Shown one piece after another: positions 41,828-54,647 of a stretch of 64,000 nucleotides of DNA. The stretch lies in the NCBI GenBank assembly GCA_052168235.1, contig JBQLZK010000003.1, positions 1 through 64,000 of the forward strand, read 5' to 3'. The position numbers and the translations under genes were made by a program. The notes under the pieces were generated by a model, which had not been told where the DNA came from, did no database searches, and was given only the letters and a program-made list of their open reading frames with translations. This DNA comes from Thainema sp. (GTDB lineage: Bacteria > Cyanobacteriota > Cyanobacteriia > Phormidesmidales > Phormidesmidaceae). Within the stretch, counting starts at the first letter, position 1, and each line of letters starts with the position of its first letter.

Positions 41828-41954
41828 GGTTGTGAAGGCTGTAGAGGGCTGTAGAGGCTGTAAAGGGTAGTCGAGGGGAATGTTTAGTTTTGAATTTTGA
41901 GTGTTTAGTTTTGAATGACTTAACTCAAAATTCAAAATTTAGAACTCAACACTC
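41828..41954. repeat. Degenerate short tandem repeats (about 9-mer ggctgtaga; 7-mer ttttgaa/tgtttag arranged as an inverted repeat)
   Basis: Visible periodicity, STRR-like; a related purine-rich tract lies on the minus strand at about 3700-3825. Confidence 0.6.
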
Positions 41955-41971
41955 TATCCTCAGTACTATTC

Positions 41972-43471
41972 CTACTCCATAAAGCTAGTTGCGGTGAAAA
42001 AGCCGTGTAGGCTATAAGGCACGTGGTGCTTGAGTTTGAGAGTGGCAATTGGGCCACGGGTTAAGTCTTTACTATCCAAAATGACAATGTCGGTACATTG
42101 CCGCTCAGCGTTGTAGACAAAGCCAATCAGCCAACCATCGTCTTCGCGATCGGAACCGGGACGGGGCACAAAGTTAGGCTCGCCTGTGAAACCGCGCGGG
42201 GCAGCGCTCCAGATTTGCTGCTCTCCGGTTTCTAGGTCAACTTTCATGTAGGCTTGCAGCGGGGCGTTGCCGTGGGGTCGATTGGCAGCTCCCATGAACA
42301 GGTAGCGATAGGGGCGTCCGGCTCGGTCGGGATGCAGCAGGGGAAACTCGCAGCAGCGACTGACCAGGCATTCAGACGTGACGGATTTTTGGCCTACGTC
42401 AATTCGAAAACGCCAGAGCTGACCTTCGGGCACTGCTTCAAAGTCAACTTCTTTATAGTTGGTATCCGTTTCAACCTGGGGGAAAGACGCGTAGCAAACG
42501 GAGTCGAGGATAACCTGTCCATCCTGCTCAAAAGCGGCAGCGTGGTGGAACACAAAGTATGGATCAGTGTCAATAATTTGCATCTCGCCTTCGCCGTAGC
42601 GGGGAATCAGGACGATCTGGCCCGGCTTGTTTTTCTCAAAGCTGATGCACTGGGCTGCACCCTTCATCCCCAACAAGAACGGCAGCGGGTTAAACGAAAT
42701 TGGATTTTGATAAAAGATGTAGTAGTTGGGCGTCAGGGCAAAATCGTGCAGAAAGGCAAAGCCAGGGACGCTGTGGGACGACTGATGAAAGAGCTTCCCT
42801 TGCGGATCAAACTCATACATCGTAATCGTGCTGGATAGGCTAGGCTTGACGCCAAAGCCGACTAAGCTGGGCTGACCACCGATGCGATCGCAACTGGGAT
42901 CGATGCGGGGATGAGCCGTGAATGACTGACCCTCTTCCAGCACACCGTCGAGCGTGTCTCGACCAATCGTTTCCAGCGTATGAGGATTAATTTGATGGGG
43001 ATTGCCGCCTTCCCAAAGAGCGAGCAGCTTATCGCCCCAGTACATCATGCTGGTATTAGCAATATTTTTGGAACGCAGATCGAAGGCGTTTGACAACCAG
43101 CCACCGGGTTTCTGAGTGCCAAATACGCCCCGGTACAGTGGCTTTCCGGCTTTCTGCTCTTCCACATATGCTTGTGTCCGCACATAGCGATTGCGGTAGA
43201 AGGCGCGACCGTCTCGAAATGCGATCGCGTTTACCATACCATCGCCATCAAAGGGATGATGCACCGGATAGTCAGGATTGCCTGCCACATCTAACAGACC
43301 AGGGCCAACCTGAAAGATCGTGCCCTCTAGTTCTGGTGGAATCTGACCTTCAATATCTTCTACCGGATAAGCATATTCTTCGGTTTGCGAGCGATAGCCA
43401 CTGGCCCAATCTTCGCGGGTGTAGGAACGGCCCGGCTGAGTTGCATAGGCGGAATTAGGTAAAGTTTGCAT
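41972..43471 (-). CDS. Carotenoid cleavage oxygenase (apocarotenoid oxygenase family)
   Basis: EGQIPPELEG, HPFDGDGM, FTAHP, FLHDF, FVFHH, EFP, EDDGW, HG iron-ligand His motifs. Confidence 0.93.
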   Translation of the reverse strand: MQTLPNSAYATQPGRSYTREDWASGYRSQTEEYAYPVEDIEGQIPPELEGTIFQVGPGLLDVAGNPDYPVHHPFDGDGMVNAIAFRDGRAFYRNRYVRTQAYVEEQKAGKPLYRGVFGTQKPGGWLSNAFDLRSKNIANTSMMYWGDKLLALWEGGNPHQINPHTLETIGRDTLDGVLEEGQSFTAHPRIDPSCDRIGGQPSLVGFGVKPSLSSTITMYEFDPQGKLFHQSSHSVPGFAFLHDFALTPNYYIFYQNPISFNPLPFLLGMKGAAQCISFEKNKPGQIVLIPRYGEGEMQIIDTDPYFVFHHAAAFEQDGQVILDSVCYASFPQVETDTNYKEVDFEAVPEGQLWRFRIDVGQKSVTSECLVSRCCEFPLLHPDRAGRPYRYLFMGAANRPHGNAPLQAYMKVDLETGEQQIWSAAPRGFTGEPNFVPRPGSDREDDGWLIGFVYNAERQCTDIVILDSKDLTRGPIATLKLKHHVPYSLHGFFTATSFME

Positions 43472-43599
43472 GTGCGATCTCACTCCAATTTAATCAACAA
43501 CGGATAGTCAAAACGGAAGTCAAAAAAAGGGGGAAACGAGACTCTGTCTCGGCTTCAATTCAACTCAGAACTTAAATTAGGATTGATACTGCGTGAGCA

Positions 43600-45120
43600 T
43601 CACGCGTCGGCTTCATCTGGTGCTGATGGTGATGCTGACGAATTTGTACCGGATGAACTTGCGCCAGATGAAGTCAAGATTTCAACGGGCGCATCAATGG
43701 GTACCCGCTCGGCCAAGTTTGGTGTCCGCAATCCGCTGGCATCAATAGCTGATTCAACTGCTGGCTGTAGATTCGGACTGTGATTAGACGGTTCTTCAGT
43801 ATCACCATCCTCACTACCCGCGCTGGTGTCTGGGAGCCAGCCCAACAGAGGCAGCGGCAGCAGCGTACTGATATTCGTCAGCACCACCAGCAGCCAGAGA
43901 TTGTCGAACTGACTTTCGGTAATGCCAAACAGGTGCATCAGGCCCGCACCAAACTCGTAGGACAGCAGACCCGCCAGGTTTGTCACCGACATCAACAGGG
44001 CAAATAGGGTTGCTTCCACTCCCGGCGGACAGAGCCGCGCCGCTAGCACCAGCACGGGCATAAAGGCAATCTCGCCCATGACGGTCAGAATCAAGCTGTC
44101 GCCCAAGCTAAACCAGTGATCGTCGATCCCAATCGCGCGATTCGCGTGGGTCACCAGCAGCAGCGTGGTCATGCCTAAAAGGGCGGATAACACTGTCGTC
44201 CAGCCAAAAATGGTGCGAAACGGTACTGACTTAAGAAAGCGCTGAAAAATCCAGATACCTGCGATCGCAGCGACGCTCGTTACCAGCCGCACTCGACCAA
44301 GAAATTCTGGCTGAAATCCCAGTTCATTAGTGGTGAAAAAGAAAAAGGCTGCATCAGCCGTTGGCGTCGCCTGCCAGAGAAACAAAAACGCAGTTGGCAT
44401 CCAGATCGACTTTTTGCTGACCGCTTGCTTAAGCTGCTTCACCTGTCCCCAAATAACTGAAAACTTAGGTGCTTCAACCACAGGTGACTCGTCAATTAAC
44501 CAGGCAACGGCAGCTACAATCAACGGAAACGTTGCGGTGATGCCAAACACTACGCTGACACTAAACTGCTCCAGCAGGAACCCGCTTAGGTACGCTGTGA
44601 CCAAACCACCAAAGGCCGAGGTGCCCCAGCATAGTGACTGCAATGAGCCAATCTGGCTTTGAGATTCTGATCGCGCCCGCTCAACAACAAGGGAATCGAC
44701 GATTACGTCACTAATTGCCACCGATAAGGAGGTCGCCAGAATTGCCAGCGTCGCAGCCCACACTGTATGTACAACTGTCGCAAGGGCAATCCAAGATCCT
44801 GCGCCTAAAATGCCTGACAGGATGAGATAGGGGCGACGACGGTAGCGAAATAGGGGAAATCCGTCCGAAATAAAGCCAAACAGCGGCTTAGTCGTCCACG
44901 GCAGCGAAGCAATTCCCATCAGCGCCGACACAGCGGCAGGACTCATGGCAATGTCGTCCTTCAGGAAAAAACTCACGGCCAACCGAGCCAGTCCCAGAAT
45001 GCCCTGCACAAAGTAGACCATCAGGATGGCCACCAGTTCAGTACTCAGCTCGTTGCCAAACAGTACCCGCCGCGAAACGGTGTCTTTCAGCCGGGTTAAG
45101 TCGAACGGAGACGCTGTCAT
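43600..45120 (-). CDS. Folate/biopterin MFS transporter (BT1 family)
   Basis: YFVQG, PWTTKPLFGFISD, RRRPY, DVIVDSLVVE, LCPPGVEATLFALLMS. Confidence 0.92.
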   Translation of the reverse strand: MTASPFDLTRLKDTVSRRVLFGNELSTELVAILMVYFVQGILGLARLAVSFFLKDDIAMSPAAVSALMGIASLPWTTKPLFGFISDGFPLFRYRRRPYLILSGILGAGSWIALATVVHTVWAATLAILATSLSVAISDVIVDSLVVERARSESQSQIGSLQSLCWGTSAFGGLVTAYLSGFLLEQFSVSVVFGITATFPLIVAAVAWLIDESPVVEAPKFSVIWGQVKQLKQAVSKKSIWMPTAFLFLWQATPTADAAFFFFTTNELGFQPEFLGRVRLVTSVAAIAGIWIFQRFLKSVPFRTIFGWTTVLSALLGMTTLLLVTHANRAIGIDDHWFSLGDSLILTVMGEIAFMPVLVLAARLCPPGVEATLFALLMSVTNLAGLLSYEFGAGLMHLFGITESQFDNLWLLVVLTNISTLLPLPLLGWLPDTSAGSEDGDTEEPSNHSPNLQPAVESAIDASGLRTPNLAERVPIDAPVEILTSSGASSSGTNSSASPSAPDEADA

Positions 45121-45327
45121 GCAAAAAGTTTTGTAAAGAAATTTCAACTTTCCTCATGATAGCCTCGTTGTCTAATCAGAGTCTGGATCGATGGTTAGAT
45201 CCTGCCAATCCCAGATCTTGCTCTAGACTCATAGAGTAACGATGTCAGTAATCAATGATTGATCTGTCTGGTGAAGTTGCGGATAATGAAAAAAATATGA
45301 AGACCGATCGCAATTTGCCATTTTTCT

Positions 45328-45741
45328 GTGACTGGAACACCTTCTTCCCCGGCTGAACTGGCTGCTGATCCCCTTTCTGATACAGATCCCACAGATCCTA
45401 TCGATTCTCAACCTGTAGCCGAGCCGCTTGCCTCCTCTGAGCCCACTCCTCACCGTCCATCTGGCGCATTCAAAGCCTTTCTCTCAACGTTTATAACCAT
45501 CCTGCTGGCCGAACTAGGCGACAAAACTCAGCTTACGACGCTGCTGATGAGCGCAGAGTCCCACTCTCCTTGGATTGTGTTCTTGGGGGCAGGTACGGCT
45601 TTAATTGCCACTAGCCTGCTGGGAGTGCTAGTGGGCCGCTGGCTGTCTACGCGAGTGTCAGCTCGCACGATTGAAACAGCGGCTGGAGCGACCTTGCTGC
45701 TGATCGCGGTGCTGCTGCTGTGGGATATCACTCATCTGTAA
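45328..45741 (+). CDS. Half-size TMEM165/GDT1 (UPF0016) Mn transporter subunit
   Basis: LAELGDKTQ motif, three TM helices. Confidence 0.88.
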   Translation: MTGTPSSPAELAADPLSDTDPTDPIDSQPVAEPLASSEPTPHRPSGAFKAFLSTFITILLAELGDKTQLTTLLMSAESHSPWIVFLGAGTALIATSLLGVLVGRWLSTRVSARTIETAAGATLLLIAVLLLWDITHL

Positions 45742-45886
45742 ATTTCGACCATTGTTGATTGGTAGCGCAGGTGTAAGGGTGGGATTAGCCACGAAACAAC
45801 AAACTGGATCGATCGCGATCAGCACAACTCAACCTCCGCACACAACTTTTTGAAGCTTACATTTCAGTTATATTTCAGGTGTCAGT

Positions 45887-46186
45887 ATGGATTGGAATTT
45901 GCTTGGACTGAGCTTTGTGGCGGTTTTTCTGTCTGAATTGGGCGATAAAAGTCAGTTGGCCGCGATCGCACTTGGCGGCAGTTCCAGATACCCTAAGGCT
46001 GTTTTCCTCGGCACGGCCAGTGCTTTAGTTCTCACCAGCTTTGTGGGGGTGTGGCTGGGTGAAGGTGCGGCTCAGCTTTTGCCGACCTACTGGGTTAAAG
46101 GCGCAGCCGCAGTTGGGTTCGCCGTCCTAGGGGTGCGGCTGCTGTGGCCCGAAGATAAGAAACGCGAGGATAAGAAAAGCAAATAA
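45887..46186 (+). CDS. Half-size TMEM165/GDT1 (UPF0016) Mn transporter subunit
   Basis: LSELGDKSQ motif, three TM helices; tandem partner of the preceding gene (Hmx1/Hmx2-like pair). Confidence 0.88.
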   Translation: MDWNLLGLSFVAVFLSELGDKSQLAAIALGGSSRYPKAVFLGTASALVLTSFVGVWLGEGAAQLLPTYWVKGAAAVGFAVLGVRLLWPEDKKREDKKSK

Positions 46187-46199
46187 AAAGCAAATAAGA

Positions 46200-46225
46200 A
46201 AAAGGGATGACATGTCATCCCTTTT
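46200..46225. terminator. Palindromic bidirectional terminator
   Basis: aaaagggatgaca|tgtcatccctttt between convergent genes. Confidence 0.65.
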
Positions 46226-46392
46226 CACTATCTCAGGAAGATTAACCTTAGAAAGACTAATTCTGCAGTTCTGTGTTATCTGCCTGTCTTGTCCGGCCTG
46301 TCTTAACCCTGGCCTGTTTTAGCTTGTCTGACTGAATCTGTCCTACGGACACACGCCGTTGATAGCGCTGCAACCAGCCTTGCCAGGTCACT

Positions 46393-46932
46393 CTAGCCGA
46401 GAAGAAGTTGATTCGGAGAATCTTCGTCATCTGAGCTGAAGCCAACCCGTCGCACCATTGCCACGACAGCGACCAGCTTGATAATCTCAAGCAGCCAATA
46501 CTCGACATGCAGCCGATTCATCGCAGCGGGAACTTCAGCAATCTGATCAAACGGCTGAAGTTGAAGACCTAAGCCGCTCATTTCGGGCGTGAGACCATAG
46601 GTGTAAATCACCGCGATCGAAAATAGTAAACCTGCGATCGCAAGTACTTGATTGGCTTGTGATTTAATCGCTGATTTACTAGCTGCATTAAAGCCCCAAT
46701 TTGCTAAAGCAATTGTTAAAATCATTGCTCCGCAAACGAGTTCTAAACGATTAAATACTCCAAATATTGAATAGCTAGCCGACGCAAATCCAGATTCAGC
46801 CATCATGCCCGATGCGTATAGGCTTGGCATGATCACAAAGTCCAGCAAAATGCTGCCGCTTAGCCAAAATAAAAGGCTAATAATTAGCACATTGTGCCAA
46901 GTTGAGCGTTTTGACCAAAACTGAGAAAACAT
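46393..46932 (-). CDS. Four-TM membrane protein (DUF4149-like)
   Basis: FWLSGSILLDFVIMPSL, FNRLEL, LTPEM, MNRLH..Y pattern. Confidence 0.7.
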   Translation of the reverse strand: MFSQFWSKRSTWHNVLIISLLFWLSGSILLDFVIMPSLYASGMMAESGFASASYSIFGVFNRLELVCGAMILTIALANWGFNAASKSAIKSQANQVLAIAGLLFSIAVIYTYGLTPEMSGLGLQLQPFDQIAEVPAAMNRLHVEYWLLEIIKLVAVVAMVRRVGFSSDDEDSPNQLLLG

Positions 46933-47472
46933 AATGACGTACTCGGTTTTATGATGACGTATGAGCTTATTCTCAGCTTATCGAATCATTGCAGTGTTTG
47001 CAGTGAACTATTCTTGCGAAAACCATACTCACAAGCTTTACTTGAATTTACATAATGTTGAAGTGATGACTAACAGTGAATTAGTTCGTAATATTTGGAC
47101 ATATTCGCTCATCAACTCAGCGTTTTTTGTAAGCCGAAATGATTTGAGAAGCCGACGTTCAAGCTACATGAACGGACTGCTGTCACTGCGATACAGGCAA
47201 ATGACAACCCTTAATTCCAATGCATAAATTGCAAGACCAATGTCCGAGCTTGTTGTTAATCAGTTTCGATCATCCTCACTCTGCTAGCGGCCAAATACTA
47301 AATATTTCTTAGTGTTTTGCGCGAAACAGCTTCATCCTTCGTCATACTTTATAAAGCTGTAGCACTGACTTGATCCTCATAACATGCGCTCTATTGCACT
47401 CTTTGGGTTGAGGTTTTGTCTTTGCGTTCAGCGCTAAACCTTGAATATAGATTTTGTACGGACTCGATTTAC

Positions 47473-49890
47473 ATGGATCAAACGCCGCTCCTTCAGCCCC
47501 AGACGCCTGATCAATCGGCCACGCCGACCGATGTCGTATCGACATCTTATCCATCCGCTCCAAAAGAATCTGCCACCAAGACCGTTGCGCTCAGCGTAGA
47601 TGGGATGCGCTGTGCAGGCTGCGTCAAGGTAGTTGAGGATCGGCTGAAAGCTTGCGATGGCGTGGTGGCGGCAACGGTCAATCTGGTCACACAGACCGCC
47701 ATTGTGGAAGGACAGGCTGATGTGATTCAAGCCGATGAGTTAGCCCAAGTCGTCACCGATGCTGGCTTTCCCAGTCAGCCGCGATCGCAAACCAGCACCG
47801 CCGCGTCAATGGCCGAACGGGAAGAAAAGCGGCAGCAAGAAACCCGTCAGTACTACTGGCGAGGTGCGATCGCAGGTTTTCTACTGTTATTCTCGGCCTT
47901 TGGTCATCTAGAGCATTTGGGCTGGGTTGCCGGTGTGCCTGTCCTGAGCAACATTTGGTTCCACTGGGGTTTAGCAACACTGGCTTTGGCGATACCCGGT
48001 CGCGACCTGCTGCTGGATGGCTGGAAGGGGTTGCGGCACGGTGCCCCCAATATGAATACGCTGGTGGGATTGGGGACGCTCAGTGCTTACACCGCCAGCG
48101 TGGTGGCGCTGCTCTGGCCGCAGTTGGGCTGGGAGTGCTTCTTCGACGAGCCTGTTATGCTACTCAGCTTTATTCTGATTGGCCGGACGCTGGAACACCG
48201 CGCCCGCAGTCGAGCGGCACGGGCGTTTGAATTCCTGGTTCAGCTCCAGCCCAATACGGCACGTTTGGTGTCTGATCCCAGTCAGTCCGGTACTCCAGCG
48301 AGCGTCGAGTTGCCCATTGAACAAATCCAAGTCGGCGAATGGGTGCAGGTACTGCCGGGTGAAAAATTCCCAGTTGACGGCGATGTGGTGCAGGGACAAA
48401 CCACTGTTGATGAATCAATGCTGACGGGCGAATCGACGCCTGTGCTCAAGCAGGCTGAAGATGCGGTTGCTGCTGGCACGGTTAATCAAACTGGAGCCGT
48501 GATTCTACAGGTGACGCGCACCGGAGCCGATACAACGCTAGCCCAGATGATTGCCCTGGTCGAAGATGCCCAAACCCGCAAAGCGCCGATTCAACGACTG
48601 GCAGATACGGTAGCGGGTTACTTCACCTACGGCGTACTGACGATTGCAGCGTTGACTTTTGGCTTCTGGTACTTCATCGGCCTGTCGATTTGGCCAGACG
48701 TGCTGGCCGTTCCCTCGGAAATGCCTACGATGATGACGGGGATGGTGCATCACGCGACTACTCATACCTCGCCGTTACTATTCAGCCTCAAACTTGCGAT
48801 CTCAGTTATGGTGGTGGCCTGTCCCTGTGCCTTGGGCTTAGCCACACCGACGGCAATCCTGGTCGGAACCGGACTAGGAGCCGAACGGGGCTTGCTGATT
48901 CGTGGCGGCGACGTGCTGGAAACGGTACATAAGTTGGATACGGTCGTATTTGACAAAACCGGAACGCTCACGACGGGGCAGCCGGAGCTGACCGACTGCA
49001 TTTCTCTACAGGCTGGCTACGACGAGAAACGGCTGATTCAACTGGCGGCAACGGTGGAAAGCGGCACCCGCCATCCGCTGGCCGAAGCAATACGCCGCGC
49101 GGCTGATAATCGCGGAATCTCGATCTGCGCTGCCGATGAATTTACGACGCAGCCCGGATTGGGAATTTCGGCTGTAATTGACCAGCAGCGGGTTTATCTC
49201 GGCAATCGCGACTGGCTGGTGCGCCAGGAAATTTTAATCGACGATGCCGTAACCCAGCAGGCAGAGGCGTTATCGACCACGGGCGCAACGGTTGTATTTA
49301 TCGCTGTCGAACAGCAGGTGGTTGGACTGCTTGGCATTCGTGACACGCTGCGCCCTGATGCTATAGATGTGGTCAAACGGCTCCAGCCGCTGCACATCAT
49401 GCTGATTACGGGCGATCAGCCGACAACCGCCACTGCGATCGCAACTTCTCTCGGCCTAGACGAAACCGCTGTTTTGGCCAACGTGAAGCCGGATGAAAAG
49501 GTGAAAGCGATCATGCAACTCCAGCAGCAGGGCCAGCGGGTGGCCATGGTCGGCGACGGCATCAACGATGCACCAGCCCTCGCCCAAGCCGATGTTGGCA
49601 TTGCGCTCAACTCCGGCACCGATATCGCCATTGAAGCCGCTGATATCATCCTGATGCGCGATCGCTTACTCGATGTCGTCGAGGCAATTGGTCTCAGCCA
49701 AGCCACGTTTAGTAAAATTCGTCAAAATCTGTTTTGGGCACTAGCTTACAACGCTATAGGCATTCCCGTGGCGGCAGGTGTGTTATTACCCGCGTTTGGG
49801 ATTGCGTTTAGCCCTGCGATCGCAGGTGCGCTGATGGCCTTTAGCTCAGTCAGCGTTGTGACCAATTCCTTGCTGCTACGTCGCAGGTAG
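47473..49890 (+). CDS. ctaA: Copper-translocating P1B-type ATPase (CtaA/PAA1-like)
   Basis: GMRCAGC HMA domain, [48 protein letters not shown]. Confidence 0.85.
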   Translation: MDQTPLLQPQTPDQSATPTDVVSTSYPSAPKESATKTVALSVDGMRCAGCVKVVEDRLKACDGVVAATVNLVTQTAIVEGQADVIQADELAQVVTDAGFPSQPRSQTSTAASMAEREEKRQQETRQYYWRGAIAGFLLLFSAFGHLEHLGWVAGVPVLSNIWFHWGLATLALAIPGRDLLLDGWKGLRHGAPNMNTLVGLGTLSAYTASVVALLWPQLGWECFFDEPVMLLSFILIGRTLEHRARSRAARAFEFLVQLQPNTARLVSDPSQSGTPASVELPIEQIQVGEWVQVLPGEKFPVDGDVVQGQTTVDESMLTGESTPVLKQAEDAVAAGTVNQTGAVILQVTRTGADTTLAQMIALVEDAQTRKAPIQRLADTVAGYFTYGVLTIAALTFGFWYFIGLSIWPDVLAVPSEMPTMMTGMVHHATTHTSPLLFSLKLAISVMVVACPCALGLATPTAILVGTGLGAERGLLIRGGDVLETVHKLDTVVFDKTGTLTTGQPELTDCISLQAGYDEKRLIQLAATVESGTRHPLAEAIRRAADNRGISICAADEFTTQPGLGISAVIDQQRVYLGNRDWLVRQEILIDDAVTQQAEALSTTGATVVFIAVEQQVVGLLGIRDTLRPDAIDVVKRLQPLHIMLITGDQPTTATAIATSLGLDETAVLANVKPDEKVKAIMQLQQQGQRVAMVGDGINDAPALAQADVGIALNSGTDIAIEAADIILMRDRLLDVVEAIGLSQATFSKIRQNLFWALAYNAIGIPVAAGVLLPAFGIAFSPAIAGALMAFSSVSVVTNSLLLRRR

Positions 49891-50286
49891 GCATCCAATC
49901 CTCCTCCTCAGACGTACTAGAAATAGCTATGCCAGTTTTTAGGAGATCTAACTGTTAACATAGGTTGGACTCACCAGTAATGAAAAGGATTCTAGTATCA
50001 TGGATCAGCGAACATCATTGCGTATTGCCGGGTACAGCGCTAGATATTACCCAATACGGGCGATGCAAGCCAGCCAGTAGCACTCTATAGTAAGGCTTAA
50101 TTTGGGCAGCATCTGCGAAACCAAAGCCAACTAGAGTGGTTTTGGATTTCGGGCAGAACAGGCACAGCTCAATCATTTTTTACTTCTAAACTCGCAACTG
50201 TTTCCCGAATGTGGGAACTCTAAAAACAGCTAAGATGCAGGTACTCCGCATCAATGGCGTTGCTCATCATATCCCCTGGTTTGAAC

Positions 50287-50709
50287 ATGGCTTCAGAACC
50301 TCACCAAAACCATCTATTCATCATTGAAGACAGCAAGGGTCGGCGAGAATACATTTTGGATAGCCCGGTGTATACGATTGGGCGCGATCCAAAGTGCGAT
50401 ATTCGCCTGGTCTCTCAGTTTGTGTCCCGCCGACACGCTACGCTCGTTCAGTTGCCTAATGAAGACGGCAGCTACTACTATCGCATTGTCGATGGCAACC
50501 TGAAGGGCAAACCCAGTGCGAATGGTTTGCTAATCAACGGGCGCAAGCTACAGGCGCACGATTTGCAAAACGAGGATGAAATTGTTTTTGGACCTCAAGT
50601 GCGGGCAATTTACTACCTACTCCAGCGAGAGGCAATTACCACCGTACCACCCGACGAATTTGATATCACGCTGATTAGCCCTAACATGGTGGGTGATCCA
50701 GAAGATTAA
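50287..50709 (+). CDS. FHA domain protein
   Basis: TIGRDPKCDI, VSRRHA, SANGLLING. Confidence 0.9.
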   Translation: MASEPHQNHLFIIEDSKGRREYILDSPVYTIGRDPKCDIRLVSQFVSRRHATLVQLPNEDGSYYYRIVDGNLKGKPSANGLLINGRKLQAHDLQNEDEIVFGPQVRAIYYLLQREAITTVPPDEFDITLISPNMVGDPED

Positions 50710-50899
50710 GTTCAACTTAGCGAGCAGCGATGCTCAAGTTTAAAACCAATCAAATTCGAGCTAGATTGACGATGATCTGTCGATTAAAGGATTTATTGGT
50801 TAAATCGATATCTAAACAAAGATGAGTGGCAGTAGGTGAGGTGAGTTGCGACCCGTTAACAACTTAGCGCAGGCTCTAAGTTGATGGGTATGAACAGAT

Positions 50900-50960
50900 T
50901 CAAAGTTTAAGAACCGGGGAAGCCATTTAATAGATGGCTTCCCCGGTTCTTAAACTTTGA
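50900..50960. repeat. Perfect 27-bp-stem hairpin, probably inside a CTAAG..CTTAG-bounded mini element (about 50876-50983)
   Basis: tcaaagtttaagaaccggggaagccat-ttaatag-atggcttccccggttcttaaactttga. Confidence 0.7.
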
Positions 50961-51059
50961 GCGTATTTTATGTAGCTACTTAGCACTCATGACCAATCGC
51001 CAAGTTCATCACCCAAAAATTACAAACACTAGCCAAAGACCGACAAAACCGAATTAGGG

Positions 51060-51401
51060 CTAGGTGAGGCTCTCGACCAGCTTCCACTGCTGACGATCTG
51101 CGATCGCTTTATTTAGATGATCAAAAATCCGGTGGCAGTGATTATCCGCTTTGAGGGGCAGCTCCTCGTTTTTCACCACAAAGTTCATGCGAGTTTCGTC
51201 GTTGACGGCTGACTGATCCAGTAGCACTTCTACAGTGACCAGTCTCGCAAAGCTCACTTTGCCTGGTTTTTCTCGCGCCACAAGGTAGTCACCTGTATCG
51301 TAAATAATGTCAAAGCTACAGGATTCCAACGTCTTGTGTAGAGCCTCGCGCAGGCCCTCAATCTCGGTATTGGTAGTAAACAAACTGGTATAACGAGCCA
51401 T
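51060..51401 (-). CDS. Conserved cyanobacterial hypothetical protein
   Basis: 113-aa ORF with AAGGA RBS; MARYT..DYLVARE.PG.V.F..LVTVEVL..KNEELPL pattern. Confidence 0.75.
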   Translation of the reverse strand: MARYTSLFTTNTEIEGLREALHKTLESCSFDIIYDTGDYLVAREKPGKVSFARLVTVEVLLDQSAVNDETRMNFVVKNEELPLKADNHCHRIFDHLNKAIADRQQWKLVESLT

Positions 51402-51487
51402 AAGTAATCCTTAGCATATAAAGTTTCCACAACGGTATTTGGAAACGAAGTTTTGGCTATCAGCCTTTTCTTAAGTTAAAGGTAATC

Positions 51488-51588
51488 AGTACCTGAGCGT
51501 AATTAAAACCAGGTCTCAAACCCTGCGCTGCCCGCGCAGCGGGTGGCGCAGGGTTTGAGGTTTTATATTTCATTATGCTCAGCTACCT
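51488..51588. mobile_element. About 100-bp miniature inverted-repeat element with internal hairpin
   Basis: Left agtacctgagcgtaattaaa vs reverse complement of right end ggtagctgagcataatgaaa; internal ctcaaaccctgcgc...gcgcagggtttgag. Confidence 0.6.
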
Positions 51589-51958
51589 GGAGACAACCAC
51601 AGGCTGACTCCAACCTTCAGAATAGCAACCTTTGATCGAATCAGATGGTGAGCTGTATGAGAATCGACTCTAAACCTGGCTAGATTCTAAGCTGAAACGC
51701 CTACGCTGTCTGCATGGCAGCCAAAGTTCTAGTCCCGCCATGAGCCGAGAAAAGCTCCACTCATATTTTGAACGAAAAATTTCATTCAGCAGCATATTTC
51801 GGTAGCCTTATGCCCTGCTTTACCTATTGGCCAAGGCTTGTGAATCCTTCAGGCTATAGGTTTGAGCCTATCGGGTGCCCGGTATACCTATCTTTTGAAC
51901 GACGACAAGGTGCAAGCTGATCGCTACAACAAAGTAACACGATAATCATGATCACCAG

Positions 51959-52591
51959 ATGTACTCGAACCATTCTCCTAACAAACATTCAGCGCCTCAA
52001 TCCGGAACCTTTCAAAATTGGGGTTCTCAGTGCTGGACATCCTGGATATCAACCTGGACACTAACGACAATCCGAGCGGCTGGTATCTGTGCTGTAGTGC
52101 TACTCTGCTGCTGTACATTCTGGTTGATGGCTCCTGCGATCGCATCCGCTAGACCACTACTGGCTACGCCATCGCATACTCTATCGCCCGACCTGTTGCC
52201 TCATCCACTTCAGCACCCTATCCAGATCGCCCAGGCCGATCAGGTTATTGAAGGTAAACCCACGACAGATCCCGATCCGTCTTTTGACCTAGACAAAGCT
52301 GCTGATAAGGCAGAAGAAGCCTCTGAAAAGGTTTATCAGGGTTTAGAAGATACACAAAAGCTCTATGGCAAAGATCAGAAACCCATTCATACCGTGATTG
52401 AGGATGCCCGCGATCGCGCCAGCGGTAAGTGGCAAAATTTGGCCGATAAAGCCCGCGCTGCCCAGGAAAATGACAACGTCTCTCTATCCCCAGCTGAAAA
52501 ACACATACTGAAGCGGTTTATCAATCGGCAAAGCCAGCGAGATGCCGTGCAGCAACCAGCAACCAGCAACCGGATGCCCAGTGGGTTTTAA
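51959..52591 (+). CDS. Hypothetical exported/helical protein
   Basis: 210-aa ORF, hydrophobic segment followed by a charged helical region; start uncertain. Confidence 0.6.
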   Translation: MYSNHSPNKHSAPQSGTFQNWGSQCWTSWISTWTLTTIRAAGICAVVLLCCCTFWLMAPAIASARPLLATPSHTLSPDLLPHPLQHPIQIAQADQVIEGKPTTDPDPSFDLDKAADKAEEASEKVYQGLEDTQKLYGKDQKPIHTVIEDARDRASGKWQNLADKARAAQENDNVSLSPAEKHILKRFINRQSQRDAVQQPATSNRMPSGF

Positions 52592-52676
52592 TGGGACATC
52601 ATTACAGAACAAAGCGCTGAGTGCTGAGTGACGCTGGAAAACTCTGAAAACGTTCAAATTTAAACGTCGGGTTTTG

Positions 52677-52769
52677 TATAGTGATTCCAGTTAAGAGTGA
52701 GAAAACGAGAGAGGAGAGTGCCTCATCCTGAGGCACTCTCCTCTCTCGTTCTTATCTAGAACCCCTATA
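52677..52769. mobile_element. 93-bp TATAG..CTATA miniature inverted-repeat element, copy 2
   Basis: Inverted near-identical copy of 30133-30225; perfect 22-bp stem aacgagagaggagagtgcctca-tcc-tgaggcactctcctctctcgtt. Confidence 0.8.
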
Positions 52770-52821
52770 AATGTCTGGACCAAAGTGGCGACGGCTATAC
52801 AAAATTGATCTCGAAAAACAG

Positions 52822-52852
52822 CACCGCACCATCACGTTTTGATGGTGCGGTG
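52822..52852. terminator. Terminator downstream of groEL2
   Basis: caccgcaccatca-cgttt-tgatggtgcggtg with T-runs on both strands. Confidence 0.7.
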
Positions 52853-52907
52853 ACTTTTAAGGATTACAAACCTTGAGCTTGAGTAGCTTAAGTATCAGGG
52901 GGATGGC

Positions 52908-54611
<1,704 letters not shown>

Positions 54612-54638
54612 TTAGCACTCTGTTGAAAGGAGTGCTAA
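54612..54638 (-). promoter_or_regulatory. CIRCE element (HrcA operator)
   Basis: Exact TTAGCACTC-N9-GAGTGCTAA, 30 bp upstream of the groEL start. Confidence 0.97.
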
Positions 54639-54647
54639 TCCGAAAGA

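Noticed and set aside
46270..46330. Three gcctgt(c/t)tt direct repeats about 15 bp apart
   Set aside because: Too short and degenerate for a CRISPR or iteron array; probably local slippage
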